Assembly (NCBI RefSeq): GCF_017876815.1
Contig: NZ_JAGIOS010000001.1
Span: 1,650,001-1,682,000 of the forward strand
Reading direction: 5' to 3'
DNA length: 32,000 nucleotides
Source of the DNA: Sinorhizobium meliloti
Lineage (GTDB): Bacteria > Pseudomonadota > Alphaproteobacteria > Rhizobiales > Rhizobiaceae
Positions 1-10,124 of the stretch are shown here, piece by piece. The position numbers and the translations under genes were made by a program. The notes under the pieces were generated by a model, which worked only from the letters and a program-made list of their open reading frames with translations, searched no databases and was not told where the DNA came from. Position 1 is the stretch's first letter; each line of letters begins with the position of its first letter.

Positions 1-653
1 GACCAGTTGACCGGAACGCCGAGTTCGTAGCCGTACTTCGCCTTGAAGTCCGCCTTGTTCTTCTCGTCGTTGAACCAGTCGTAGCGGAACCAGTAGAGGT
101 TCGCGAACTGCTGGTCGGGAAGCTGGTAGAGTTTGCCGTCCGGAGCGGTGGTGAAGGATTTGCCGATGAAGTCGTCGATGTCGAGGTTGGGGTTGGTGAC
201 GTCCTTGCCCTCGTTCGCCATGAAGTCGGTCAGGCTGCGCGCCTGCTGGTAGCGCCAGTGCGTGCCGATCAGGTCAGAGTCGTTGATATAGGCGTCATAG
301 ACGTTCTCGCCCGACTGCATCTGCGTCTGCAGTTTTTCGACGACGTCGCCTTCGCCGATCAGGTCGTGGGTGATCTTGATGCCGGTGATCGCGGTGAAAG
401 CCGGGGCCAGCACCTTCGATTCATATTCATGCGTGGTGATCGTTTCGGAAACGACCTTGATCTCCATGCCGGCAAAGGGCTTTGCCGCATCGACGAACCA
501 TTGCATTTCCGCTTCCTGGGCAGCGCGGTCGAGCGAGGACATGTCGCCGACTTCCTTGTCCAGGAACTGCTTTGCCTCGTCCATCCCGGCAAATGCCGAG
601 CCGGTAAATGCCAGCAGCATAGCCGCCGTCGTTGTCAAAAGGTGCCTTCGCAT
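1..653 (-). CDS. ABC transporter periplasmic solute-binding protein (glycerol/CUT1-type operon), N-terminal part only; the gene runs off the left edge
   Basis: Absent from the ORF track because it is edge-truncated. Reverse-strand reading from the ATG (complement of 651-653) gives MRRHLLTTTAAMLLAFTGSAFAGMDEAKQFLDKEV...YQLPDQQFANLYWFRYDWFNDEKNKADFKAKYGYELGVPVNW with no stops. This is a signal peptide followed by solute-binding-protein-like sequence. GGGAGGA Shine-Dalgarno lies a few nt upstream (654-667). Last gene downstream of the permease genes. Confidence 0.8.
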   Translation of the reverse strand, partial: MRRHLLTTTAAMLLAFTGSAFAGMDEAKQFLDKEVGDMSSLDRAAQEAEMQWFVDAAKPFAGMEIKVVSETITTHEYESKVLAPAFTAITGIKITHDLIGEGDVVEKLQTQMQSGENVYDAYINDSDLIGTHWRYQQARSLTDFMANEGKDVTNPNLDIDDFIGKSFTTAPDGKLYQLPDQQFANLYWFRYDWFNDEKNKADFKAKYGYELGVPVNW

Positions 654-734
654 TAAATCCTCCCTTGGGTTTTGCGATTGCGTTCACTTGCAGTTTCAAA
701 GGGCGCCCGCGGTGAGCGCCCTTCGTTTGGTTCC

Positions 735-1154
735 TCAGACGTAGCGGAAGACGCCGACCGCATAGATCACCGACAGGGCGACCGCCCACCAGAGATTTGC
801 GCCGACCAGCCCCAGCCAGGCGAGGTGAATGAATGCGCTTCCGAGCAGCGAGACGAAGAGCCGGTCGCCGCGGGTCGTCTCGAAGCGCAGGATGCCGACG
901 CGCGGGTTTCCGCCCGGCCGGGCATATTCCCAGACGGCCATCAGCGACAGGAGCGCGAAGATCGTCAGAAAGAACATGGCGGTCGGGAAAGACCAGGCCA
1001 TCCAGCCGCCGGGGATCAGCGGGGCGAACCAGTCGGTCTTGCCGTCCTTGGCCGGCAGAACGGAAAAAAGCAGGCCGGCTGCGGTGAGATAGACGACGAG
1101 CACGGCGGCAAGCGCGACGGGCCAGCGGTTCTTGCGAGTGGCGATGGTTGCCAT
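735..1154 (-). CDS. Small integral membrane protein, DUF2160-like, embedded in the ABC transporter operon
   Basis: Last 139 codons of track ORF 735..1835: MATIATRKNRWPVALAAVLVV...RVGILRFETTRGDRLFVSLLGSAFIHLAWLGLVG...FRYV. Hydrophobic helices plus the ETTRGDRLF motif I associate with DUF2160. The ATG (1152-1154) overlaps the upstream permease stop (ATGA), suggesting translational coupling. An alternative internal start (MAWSFPTAMFF) cannot be excluded. Confidence 0.7.
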   Translation of the reverse strand: MATIATRKNRWPVALAAVLVVYLTAAGLLFSVLPAKDGKTDWFAPLIPGGWMAWSFPTAMFFLTIFALLSLMAVWEYARPGGNPRVGILRFETTRGDRLFVSLLGSAFIHLAWLGLVGANLWWAVALSVIYAVGVFRYV

Positions 1155-1978
1155 CAGACCCTCCCCAGGGCGAAGCCCTTGGCGATGTAATTGCGAACGA
1201 AATAGATGACGAGCGCACCGGGGATGATCGTCAGCACGCCGGCGGCGGCGAGCACGCCCCAGTCGAGACCGGAAGCGGAGACCGTGCGCGTCATCGTCGC
1301 GGCGATCGGCTTGGCGTCGGTCGTCGTCAGGGTGCGGGCGATCAGCAGCTCGACCCACGAGAACATGAAGCAGAAGAAGGCTGCCACGCCGATGCCGGAC
1401 GCGATCAGGGGTAGGAAGATCTTCACGAAGAAGCGCGGGAAGGAGTAGCCGTCGATATAGGCGGTCTCGTCGATCTCCTTCGGCACGCCGGACATGAAGC
1501 CTTCCAGGATCCAGACGGCGAGCGGCACGTTGAACAGGCAATGCGCGATCGCCACCGCGATGTGCGTGTCGATGAGACCGAAGGCGGAATAGAGCTGGAA
1601 GAAGGGCAGCGCGAAAACCGCCGGCGGCGCCATCCGGTTGGTGAGCAGCCAGAAGAACAGGTGCTTGTCGCCGAGAAAGCGGTAGCGTGAAAAGGCGTAG
1701 GCTGCCGGCAGCGCCACCGTCACGGAGATCAGCGTGTTCAGGACGACATAGGTGATCGAGTTGATGTAGCCGTTGTACCAGGAGGGATCGGTAAAGATCA
1801 CCGCATAGTTCCGAAGCGTCGGATTCTGCGGCCACAGCGAGAAGGTGCTGAGGATCTCGCTCGTCTCCTTGAAGCTCATATTGACGAGCCAGTAGATCGG
1901 CAGGAGCAGGAAGACGATGTAGATCGTCGGCACCAGCCAGGAGAGGCGCTGCGAAAGTGGTTGCTTGTTGGTCATCAT
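1154..1978 (-). CDS. ABC transporter permease (MalG/CUT1-type)
   Basis: Track ORF 1154..2044 trimmed to MMTNKQPLSQRLSWLVPTIYIVFLLLPIYWLV..., with GGAGGGAGGAGA just upstream. Multi-pass membrane protein with the EAA-type loop region (DETAYIDGYSFPRFFVKIFLPL). Confidence 0.85.
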   Translation of the reverse strand: MMTNKQPLSQRLSWLVPTIYIVFLLLPIYWLVNMSFKETSEILSTFSLWPQNPTLRNYAVIFTDPSWYNGYINSITYVVLNTLISVTVALPAAYAFSRYRFLGDKHLFFWLLTNRMAPPAVFALPFFQLYSAFGLIDTHIAVAIAHCLFNVPLAVWILEGFMSGVPKEIDETAYIDGYSFPRFFVKIFLPLIASGIGVAAFFCFMFSWVELLIARTLTTTDAKPIAATMTRTVSASGLDWGVLAAAGVLTIIPGALVIYFVRNYIAKGFALGRV

Positions 1979-1998
1979 GATGTCTCCTCCCTCCTTTC

Positions 1999-2865
<867 letters not shown>

Positions 2866-2866
2866 G

Positions 2867-3937
<1,071 letters not shown>

Positions 3938-3960
3938 GGTTTCCTCCCCGACGCCTTTTC

Positions 3961-5031
3961 TCAGGCCATCCCGCCGACAGCCCTGCCGTCCGGCCCGAAA
4001 GCCATGAGGTGGCGGGTATCGACGAAGACCTTTAGCATTGCGTCCGGTTCGATCTCGTGAATGCCGGGTGCGAGCATGACCCAGCGGGCGCCCGCGAAGG
4101 CGACGTGAATGAAACTTTCGGATCCGGTGATCTCCGAGATCGCCGTTTTTACGGTCAGCGGCTCGTCGCTGCCGTCCGGCTGGCCGAAAGAAAGGTGATG
4201 CGGCTGGAAGGCCACCGTGCAAGGACCGTCGGCGAGGGAGCGAAGATGGGAGGGAACGGCGAGCACCGGCTTACCTTCAAGCACGAACTGCGACCCCGTC
4301 TTCAGCAGGCCGATGGTGTTCAGCGGCGGATCGGCAAATGTGCGGGCCGTGACGATGTCGACCGGGCGGCGATAGACGTCGATGGTGCGGCCGAACTGGG
4401 TGATCCTTCCCTCGCTCAGGGTGGCGGTATTGCCGCCGAGCAAAAGCGCTTCCGACGGCTCTGTCGTCGCGTAGACGAAGATCGCGCCGGATGCGGCGAA
4501 GATCTTCGGCAGTTCCTCGCGCAGTTCCTCCCGCAGCTTGTAGTCGAGATTGGCAAGCGGCTCGTCGAGCAGCACCAGATCGGCATTCTTGACGATGGCG
4601 CGGGCGAGCGCGGTGCGCTGCTGCTGACCGCCGGACAGGTTGAGCGGCGTGCGGTCGAGATAGGGCGTGAGCTTCAGGAGTTCCGCCGCCTTGCGCACTT
4701 CGCGGTCGACGGTGGCGCCGTCGGCGCGCTTGATCCGCATCGGCGAGGCGATGTTCTCGTACACCGTCATCGCCGGATAGTTGATGAACTGCTGATAGAC
4801 CATGGCAACCGAGCGCTTCTGAACCGGAACGCCGGTAACGTCGGCACCGTCGAAAAAGATCGAACCGGAGGCGGGCTTGTCGAGACCTGCCATCAGCCGC
4901 ATCAGCGACGTCTTGCCGGAGAGCGTCGGGCCGAGCAGCACGTTGAGCGTCCCCCTCTCCAGCACAAGGTCGGTCGGGTGGATGTGCGTCTCTCCACCCA
5001 CGACCTTGGATATCTTCTTCATTTCAAGCAT
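3961..5031 (-). CDS. ABC transporter ATP-binding protein 1 of 2 (MalK-like, H-loop His absent)
   Basis: Track ORF 3961..5043. The first codon there is GTG; the ATG at 5029-5031 (MLEMKKISKVVGG...) has GGTGGAG about 6 nt upstream, so I prefer it. Walker A GPTLSGKTS, signature LSGGQQQR, Walker B LLDEP. The H-loop position reads YATTEPSEAL. Confidence 0.88.
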   Translation of the reverse strand: MLEMKKISKVVGGETHIHPTDLVLERGTLNVLLGPTLSGKTSLMRLMAGLDKPASGSIFFDGADVTGVPVQKRSVAMVYQQFINYPAMTVYENIASPMRIKRADGATVDREVRKAAELLKLTPYLDRTPLNLSGGQQQRTALARAIVKNADLVLLDEPLANLDYKLREELREELPKIFAASGAIFVYATTEPSEALLLGGNTATLSEGRITQFGRTIDVYRRPVDIVTARTFADPPLNTIGLLKTGSQFVLEGKPVLAVPSHLRSLADGPCTVAFQPHHLSFGQPDGSDEPLTVKTAISEITGSESFIHVAFAGARWVMLAPGIHEIEPDAMLKVFVDTRHLMAFGPDGRAVGGMA

Positions 5032-5069
5032 TGAATTCTCCACCCCAACGGCAGTTCAGCCGTGGTACC

Positions 5070-6581
5070 TCAGGCGGCCGCGTTGACCGCGCCCCGCATA
5101 TATTCCTCCAGTTCCGCGGTTTGCGCCCGCGAAAACTTCAGTCCCAGTTTCGTGCGGCGCCAAAGCACGTCCTCCGCGCGCAATGCCCATTCCTGCACGA
5201 TGAGCCAATCCACTTCCGCAGCATAGAGATCCGCGCCGAAGTGCTTTCCGAGGTCGGCCTCGCTCGCGGCATTGCCGAGAAGCTGCGCCGCCCGCGTGCC
5301 GTAGAGCCGTACCAGCCGGCGGGCGTGGGAAGCGGTCAGGAAAGGATAGCGCGTCCTGAGCTTCGCGACCTCGTCGTCATAGCCGGCGGCCGGAAAATCG
5401 CCGCCCGGCAGATGCGATACGGCCGTCCATTTCCTGCCCTTTTCCCCGATGGTCTCGCCGATCTTCTCGAGCGCCGATTCCGCAAGCCGCCTGTAGGTGG
5501 TGAGCTTGCCGCCGAAGACGTTGAGCAGCGGTGCATCGCCGTTCTCGACGCGCAGCACATAGTCGCGGGTCGCCTCCTGCGCCTTGCTCGCACCGTCATC
5601 GAAAAGGGGGCGCACGGCGGAATAGGTCCACACGATATCCTCTCTGCCGACCGGGTCGCTGAAATATTCGCTCGCCGCCCTGCAGAGATAATCTATCTCC
5701 GCATCGCTGATGCGCACGTCAGCCGGATTGCCGGTGAAATCGCGATCGGTGGTTCCGATCAGCGTGAACTCGTCCTGGTAAGGAATGGCGAACATGATCC
5801 GCCCGTCCGGGTTCTGGAAGAAATAGGCGCGCGGATCGTCGAACTTCTTCTTCACGACGATATGGCTGCCCTGGACCAGGCGGACATTGCGGACGTCGTT
5901 GTTGCCGACCGCTTCGGAGAGAACCCGGTCCACCCAGGGGCCCGCGGCATTGACGAGCATGCGGGCGCGCATCGTCGCGCGCGCGCCCGTCTCCGTGCTC
6001 TCGATTTCGATTGCCCAACGGCCGCCCTCGCGGCGCGCCGAGACGACGCGGGTGCGTGCCATGATCCTCGCGCCGCGGTCGGCGGCGTCGCGCGCGTTCA
6101 GCACCACGAGGCGAGCATCGTCGACCCAGCCGTCCGAATATTCGAATGCTTTGGTGAAGAGGCCCTTCAGCGGTGCGCCCGCGGGATCGCGCGTCATGTC
6201 GAGCGTCTTCGTCGCCGGCAGAAGCTTACGGCCGCCTATATGATCGTAAAGGAAGAGGCCGAGGCGGATCAGCCATGCCGGCCGCGGACCACCCTTGTGG
6301 AAGGGCAGCACGAAGCGCATCGGCCAGATCACGTGCGGCGCCATCGCCCAGAGGACTTCGCGCTCCATCAGGGCTTCGCGCACGAGGCGGAATTCATAAT
6401 GTTCGAGATAGCGCAAGCCGCCATGGATGAGCTTGGTCGAGCCGGAGGATGTTCCGGAGGCGAAATCGCTCATCTCCGCCAGCGCGACGGAATATCCGCG
6501 GCCAGCCGCATCACGCGCGATGCCGCATCCGTTGATGCCGCCGCCTATGACGAAGACGTCGAAGATCGTCTGCTCTGACAC
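5070..6581 (-). CDS. glpD: FAD-dependent glycerol-3-phosphate dehydrogenase
   Basis: Track ORF 5070..6599. N-terminal FAD fold DVFVIGGGINGCGIARDAAGRG and GlpD-like length. The probable start is the GTG at 6579-6581 (VSEQTIFDVF...), because GGAGGGG lies 7-8 nt upstream inside the longer ORF. The 6599 start is the alternative. Confidence 0.9.
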   Translation of the reverse strand: MSEQTIFDVFVIGGGINGCGIARDAAGRGYSVALAEMSDFASGTSSGSTKLIHGGLRYLEHYEFRLVREALMEREVLWAMAPHVIWPMRFVLPFHKGGPRPAWLIRLGLFLYDHIGGRKLLPATKTLDMTRDPAGAPLKGLFTKAFEYSDGWVDDARLVVLNARDAADRGARIMARTRVVSARREGGRWAIEIESTETGARATMRARMLVNAAGPWVDRVLSEAVGNNDVRNVRLVQGSHIVVKKKFDDPRAYFFQNPDGRIMFAIPYQDEFTLIGTTDRDFTGNPADVRISDAEIDYLCRAASEYFSDPVGREDIVWTYSAVRPLFDDGASKAQEATRDYVLRVENGDAPLLNVFGGKLTTYRRLAESALEKIGETIGEKGRKWTAVSHLPGGDFPAAGYDDEVAKLRTRYPFLTASHARRLVRLYGTRAAQLLGNAASEADLGKHFGADLYAAEVDWLIVQEWALRAEDVLWRRTKLGLKFSRAQTAELEEYMRGAVNAAA

Positions 6582-6609
6582 TCTTGTTTTCCCCTCCACA
6601 CTCCGCGGC

Positions 6610-6661
6610 GCACAATTTGTGCAATCGCGAAAGTGAAAGCAGTTAAAGCGAAAATATTTCG
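6610..6661. promoter_or_regulatory. Candidate operator region upstream of glpD (palindromes and CGAAA/TTTCG repeats)
   Basis: Perfect 13-nt palindrome GCACAATTTGTGC (6610-6622). CGAAA-ATA-TTTCG (6649-6661). Direct repeat CGAATGT x2 at 11-nt spacing just beyond (about 6660-6680). All lie in the 112-bp glpR-glpD spacer. Confidence 0.35.
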
Positions 6662-6711
6662 AATGTCAAACGAATGTTTCCGGGCTCCGCGCCAGGGAAT
6701 CGGAGACCGGA

Positions 6712-7476
6712 TCAGACCTCGGTCTCGACCAGCCTCACATCCTGGTCAGCACAGATTTTCCGAACGTTTTCAATGATGCAGCGGTCGGTGATGAACGTCT
6801 GCACCTGCGAGATATGGCCGATACGCACCGGCGCGGTGCGTTCGAATTTCGTCGAATCCGAAACGAGGATGACATGGCGCGCATTGGCGATGATCGCCTG
6901 CGCCACCTTCACTTCGCGATAGTCGAAATCGAGCAGGGCTCCGTCGGAGTCGATCGCCGAGGCGCCGATCACCGCGAAATCCACCTTGAACTGCTTGATG
7001 AAGTCGACGGCGGCCTCTCCGACGATGCCGCCGTCGGAGCCGCGCACGACCCCGCCGGCGATCACCACCTCGATCGAGGGGAAGACCCGCAACCTGTTGG
7101 CAACGTTGATGTTGTTGGTGATGATCATCAGTTCCCGGTGGTCGAGGAGCGCTTCTCCGACTGCTTCCGTCGTGGTGCCGATATTGATGAAGAGCGAAGA
7201 ATTGTCCGGGATGAGCGCGGCCGCGGCGCGGCCGATCGCCTGCTTTTCCGCTGCGGCGATCTGGCGGCGGGATTCGTATCTGACGTTTTCCTTGCCGCTC
7301 GGAAAAATGGCGCCGCCGTGAATGCGGTTCAAAACCCTGGCGTCGCAGAGATCGTTCAGATCCTTGCGGATCGTCTGCGGCGTAACGGAAAAGCGCTGGG
7401 CGAGATCCTCGACCAGCACGCGGCCTTCCGTTTTCGCCAGTTCCAAAATCTCCGCCTGTCGTCCGGTCAGATACAT
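6712..7476 (-). CDS. glpR: DeoR-family transcriptional repressor of the glycerol operon
   Basis: 254 aa. N-terminal wHTH (RQAEILELAKTEGRVLVEDLAQRFSVTPQTIRKDLNDL) plus a DeoR C-terminal sugar-phosphate sensor domain. Lies directly upstream of glpD. Confidence 0.88.
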   Translation of the reverse strand: MYLTGRQAEILELAKTEGRVLVEDLAQRFSVTPQTIRKDLNDLCDARVLNRIHGGAIFPSGKENVRYESRRQIAAAEKQAIGRAAAALIPDNSSLFINIGTTTEAVGEALLDHRELMIITNNINVANRLRVFPSIEVVIAGGVVRGSDGGIVGEAAVDFIKQFKVDFAVIGASAIDSDGALLDFDYREVKVAQAIIANARHVILVSDSTKFERTAPVRIGHISQVQTFITDRCIIENVRKICADQDVRLVETEV

Positions 7477-7488
7477 CCGCCCCTCGCG

Positions 7489-7521
7489 TTTCGTTTTCTT
7501 TCATAATATGCGAAAACGAAA
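7489..7521. promoter_or_regulatory. 10-bp inverted repeat in the glpR / SDR divergent promoter region
   Basis: TTTCGTTTTC (7489-7498), 13-nt spacer, GAAAACGAAA (7512-7521), flanking the AT-rich TTTCATAATATGC. It uses the same TTTCG/CGAAA motif as the glpD upstream region. Confidence 0.35.
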
Positions 7522-7643
7522 GCGGTGCAATTTCAGATTAGAAATATCCAGCGCGTTCGATTTTCGTTGCGGCTTGCGCCCGATCTGCGCTGTAATCGGT
7601 GGAGGGGCACGCCAGTCCGACGTTATCGGGAGGAAGAAAGCGC

Positions 7644-8414
7644 ATGTATCATCCGGCCTTGTTCAAGGGCATGAACGTGGTGGTCACCGGCGGCGGCAGG
7701 GGCATCGGCCTCGAGGTCGCACGGCAGTTCCTCGACTGCGGTGCGCGCGTGCTGGTGCATATGGGGCGGACGATCGCCGCCGACCGCCCGGAGTTTCTCG
7801 ATCTTGCAGCGGCCGAGGGCAGGGCATTCCTCGCGGCGGCGGATTTCCTTGCCGAGGGGGGCGTCGAGAGCCTCGCCGATGTCGCGAGGAGCCGCTTCGA
7901 CAGCGTCGATGTCCTCGTCAACAATGCCGGCACGATGGTCGGCCGTTTTCCGGCGGCCGATCTCACCGATGAGCAATACCGCATGGTCGTGCAGCTCAAC
8001 CAGACCTCGGTCGTGGAGATGACCCGGACGATGCTGCCGCTCCTGCGCAAGGGCACGCATCCTGCGATCGTCAACACGGTTTCGATCTCGGCGCGCATGG
8101 GCGGCAGTCCGGGCTCTTCGATCTACTCTGCCACCAAAGCTTTCGTCGCAACCTATTCGAAGGCGCTGGCGCGTGAACTTGCGCCGGACGGCATCCGTGT
8201 CAACTGCGTCTCGCCCGGCACGATCACGACGGATTTCCACGAGCGCTATTCGACGCCGGAGAAGCTGGAAGCGACGCGCAAGACGATCCCGCTCGGCCGG
8301 CTCGGGACGGCGGAGGATTGCGCGCCGGCCTATCTCTTCCTCGCCGCACACGCGCTTTCGGGCTATATCACCGGCCAGGTCCTGGAGGTGAACGGTGGGC
8401 AGCTCATCGCTTGA
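7644..8414 (+). CDS. Short-chain dehydrogenase/reductase (SDR) family oxidoreductase
   Basis: Track ORF 7599..8414 trimmed to MYHPALFKGMNVVVTGGGRGIGLEV..., with GGGAGGAAGAAAG upstream of the ATG at 7644. Cofactor motif TGGGRGIG, NNAG, catalytic YSATK. Confidence 0.85.
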   Translation: MYHPALFKGMNVVVTGGGRGIGLEVARQFLDCGARVLVHMGRTIAADRPEFLDLAAAEGRAFLAAADFLAEGGVESLADVARSRFDSVDVLVNNAGTMVGRFPAADLTDEQYRMVVQLNQTSVVEMTRTMLPLLRKGTHPAIVNTVSISARMGGSPGSSIYSATKAFVATYSKALARELAPDGIRVNCVSPGTITTDFHERYSTPEKLEATRKTIPLGRLGTAEDCAPAYLFLAAHALSGYITGQVLEVNGGQLIA

Positions 8415-8423
8415 GCGCGCGTC

Positions 8424-8553
8424 CGCCCCTCATCCGCCTGCCGGCACCTTCTCCCCGCTTGCGGGGAGAAGAGACTCGCGGCGGCGTCTTCAGTCCCCTC
8501 TCCCCGCGCTGCGGGGAGAGGGCTAGTCCTCGGGTTAGACCCTGGGAGAGGGA
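8424..8553. repeat. REP/RIME-like palindromic intergenic element (two GC-rich hairpins)
   Basis: Hairpins CTTCTCCCCGC-TT-GCGGGGAGAAG (8448-8471) and CCCTCTCCCCGC-GCT-GCGGGGAGAGGG (8496-8522), preceded by GCCCCTCATCCGCCTGCCGGCACC. A reverse-complement copy of the same modules occurs at 11748-11885. Confidence 0.8.
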
Positions 8554-8571
8554 CAAATCTAAAGGCCACGA

Positions 8572-9468
8572 ATGATCGACAAGCTGGAATTCTTTCTCGC
8601 ACTGGCCCGCGAACGGCATTTCGGCCGGGCGGCGGAGGAGTGCGGGGTGACGCAGCCGACGCTTTCGGCAGCGATCCGGCAGCTCGAAGAACAGCTCGGC
8701 GTCATTCTGGTCAATCGCGGATCACGTTTCCAGGCGCTGACGCCCGAAGGGCAGCGGGTGCTGGAATGGGCACGGCGGATCGTCAGTGACAGCCGTACGA
8801 TGCGCGAGGAGATGCGTGCGGCGCGAAAAGGTCTCTCGGGGCATATGCGCCTCGCCGCGGTGCCGACGACCCTCTCCATGGTGCCGCTGATCACTGCGCC
8901 CTTCCAGGAGAAGCATCCGGACGTCACCTTCTCGGTGCTTTCGACCACATCGCTGCAGATCCTCGCGCTCCTCGAAAACCTCGAGATCGATGCCGGTCTG
9001 ACCTATCTGGAGAACGAGCCGCTCGGCCGGGTGACGAGCGTGCCCCTGCAGATCGAGCAATATCATCTGGTTACGGCCGCCGGTACGGCGCTTTCGGATC
9101 GCGAAAGCGTGACCTGGAAGGAAGTGAGCGACATTCGGCTTTGTCTATTGACGGCCGACATGCAGAACCGGCGCATCATCAATCAGCACTTTGCCGAGGC
9201 AGGCACGGTCCCGAAGCCGACCCTCGAATCGAATTCGATGATCGTGCTCTTCTCCCACGTCCGGACGGGCCGGTGGGCGAGCATCATGCCTTATAACGTT
9301 GCGAAATCATTCGGTTTTCACGAGGATATACGGATGATCCCGATCGTCGATCCGGACGTCCGCCATACGGTGGGCCTGGTCGCCACCTATCGTGAGCCGT
9401 TCACGCCGCTCGTCTCCGCGCTGTTGCACGAGGCCCGTATCCTCGGTGAGCGCAACCAGGTTCAATAG
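8572..9468 (+). CDS. LysR-family transcriptional regulator (candidate regulator of the downstream fds operon)
   Basis: 298 aa. N-terminal HTH FFLALARERHFGRAAEECGVTQPTLSAAIRQLEEQLG plus a LysR substrate-binding domain. Lies immediately upstream of, and co-directional with, fdsG. Confidence 0.85.
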   Translation: MIDKLEFFLALARERHFGRAAEECGVTQPTLSAAIRQLEEQLGVILVNRGSRFQALTPEGQRVLEWARRIVSDSRTMREEMRAARKGLSGHMRLAAVPTTLSMVPLITAPFQEKHPDVTFSVLSTTSLQILALLENLEIDAGLTYLENEPLGRVTSVPLQIEQYHLVTAAGTALSDRESVTWKEVSDIRLCLLTADMQNRRIINQHFAEAGTVPKPTLESNSMIVLFSHVRTGRWASIMPYNVAKSFGFHEDIRMIPIVDPDVRHTVGLVATYREPFTPLVSALLHEARILGERNQVQ

Positions 9469-9479
9469 AAATTTTCTAT
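9465..9479. promoter_or_regulatory. LysR-type T-N11-A box (perfect palindrome ATAGAAA-T-TTTCTAT)
   Basis: Seen directly. The 7-bp arms are perfectly complementary. It overlaps the LysR stop codon (TAG 9466-9468), is followed by the palindrome TCGATCGA (9479-9486), and lies about 165 bp upstream of the fdsG start. Confidence 0.4.
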
Positions 9480-9644
9480 CGATCGACGGAACAGCCTTAT
9501 TGACCCATGGAAGCATAAGCGCGAAGCTTGTTTCATGGGCAAAGAGCGTGAAATCTCCGATCTTTGCCAAGTGGTTGAGACAGCGGCGCGACGACGGTCG
9601 GGGAGATCTTGGCGGTGCGGCCGCGAGCCGGGAGGGCTCTTTCA

Positions 9645-10124
9645 GTGAATATCCATCTGCCGCGTGCAGACGTGACCGAACGGACGCTGGCGATCGTCGG
9701 CGAACTCAAGGGGCTCGAAGGCCCGCTTATTCCCATTCTGCACGAAATCCAGGACGAGTTCGGCTATGTGCCGGAGGAGAGCCTGCCGGTGATCGCGCGG
9801 GAACTCAATCTGTCGCGCGCCGAAGTCTATGGCGTGGTTACCTTCTATCACGATTTTCGCGAGCACCCGGCCGGGCGTCATGTGCTGAAGCTCTGTCGCG
9901 CCGAAGCCTGCCAGTCGATGGGCGGCGACCGGCTTGCGGAGCGCGCCAAAGCGCTTCTCGGGATCGATTTCCATGAGACGACGCCGGACGGCGCCGTGAC
10001 GCTCGAGCCGGTCTACTGTCTCGGGCTCTGTTCCTGCTCGCCGTCGGCGATGCTCGACGGCGAGGTTCATGCGCGGCTCGACGAAACAGTGCTCGAGGCG
10101 CTGGTTGCGGAGGCGCGCCGATGA
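9645..10124 (+). CDS. fdsG: NAD-dependent formate dehydrogenase gamma subunit (NuoE-like, 2Fe-2S)
   Basis: Track ORF 9609..10124 begins at a TTG. The GTG at 9645 (VNIHLPRADVTERTL...) has GGGAGGG 8 nt upstream and gives 159 aa. NuoE-type Cys pattern CRAEAC...CLGLCSCSP. The stop overlaps the fdsB start. Confidence 0.85.
   Translation: MNIHLPRADVTERTLAIVGELKGLEGPLIPILHEIQDEFGYVPEESLPVIARELNLSRAEVYGVVTFYHDFREHPAGRHVLKLCRAEACQSMGGDRLAERAKALLGIDFHETTPDGAVTLEPVYCLGLCSCSPSAMLDGEVHARLDETVLEALVAEARR

Noticed and set aside
735-1835. 366-aa ORF suggesting a large protein overlapping the permease gene
   Set aside because: Only the last 139 codons (735-1154) look like a real membrane protein with a coupled start. 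The upstream 227 codons are an out-of-frame read-through across the permease gene with Arg-rich nonsense composition.
8318-8619. Small ORFs (71-85 aa) translating to PRKRGEGAGRRMRG / SPRCGERASPRVRPWE-type peptides; similar ones at 11449..11947
   Set aside because: They are translations of the palindromic REP-like element on both strands. Their frames are set by the hairpins, there are no start signals, and the same peptide appears wherever the repeat occurs.
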